From the IMG/VR virus record IMGVR_UViG_3300036799_000043, positions 47,055-111,054 of that record: 64,000 nt of DNA; one strand, 5' to 3'. Positions 63,802 to 64,000 of the stretch are shown here, piece by piece. Positions within the stretch are counted from its first letter, which is position 1; the number at the start of each line of letters is the position of its first letter. Below the pieces are notes generated by a model. It saw only the letters and a program-made list of their open reading frames with translations. It was not told where the DNA came from and made no database searches. This DNA is from a virus. The translations under genes and the position numbers were made by a program.

Positions 63802-64000
63802 GTCGACCACGTTCAATCTACTTTGGTCACATGAAACCAGGCATGACTGGTTCATGGGCACGCGTGCTCGCTGATTCACAGAAGACCCCATCACTCGGCT
63901 CGCTGACGAGCTTTTGGCCGGCAACGTTCACGTCGATACAGACAGCGCTCAATTTTTTCATAACAAATGGCGCTATCCCGGTACTCGACTGGAACTCATG
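63798..64000 (+). CDS. Partial CDS (baseplate/tail fibre region), truncated by window end
   Basis: ATGA overlap with baseplate J stop; open to the end. Confidence 0.55.
   Translation, partial: MSRPRSIYFGHMKPGMTGSWARVLADSQKTPSLGSLTSFWPATFTSIQTALNFFITNGAIPVLDWNS

Overview
This window is a 64-kb segment of a high-GC myovirus-type (contractile-tailed) phage or prophage genome. The host is probably a monoderm soil bacterium (Chloroflexota or Actinomycetota, inferred from the class F sortase, the monoderm-type conjugation genes and leaderless translation). Layout: (1) 1-21.6 kb and 29.9-38 kb hold dense early/accessory genes: class F sortase plus substrate, GNAT, DUF1643, cupin, MazG-like NTP-PPase, dCTP deaminase, class II RNR, HNH, PhyH-like oxygenase, XRE HTH, Fet4-like iron permease and many Cys/His-rich microproteins. 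(2) 21.7-29.7 kb is a minus-strand conjugation-like (T4SS) operon with no relaxase, whose coupling ATPase is fused to an HNH-like domain. (3) 38-64 kb holds terminase, portal, head, PBSX/Xkd-like contractile tail and baseplate genes. Non-coding reading shows at least 16 copies of a composite cassette: a phased upstream GTCACA/CRP-like site, a sigma70 promoter whose -10 lies within a 16-20-bp palindrome, and a leaderless ATG, often starting MNTT. It also shows a complete tRNA cloverleaf with a 127-nt structured insert replacing the anticodon loop, and several long inverted-repeat elements. All product calls come from motif recognition by eye, not database searches.
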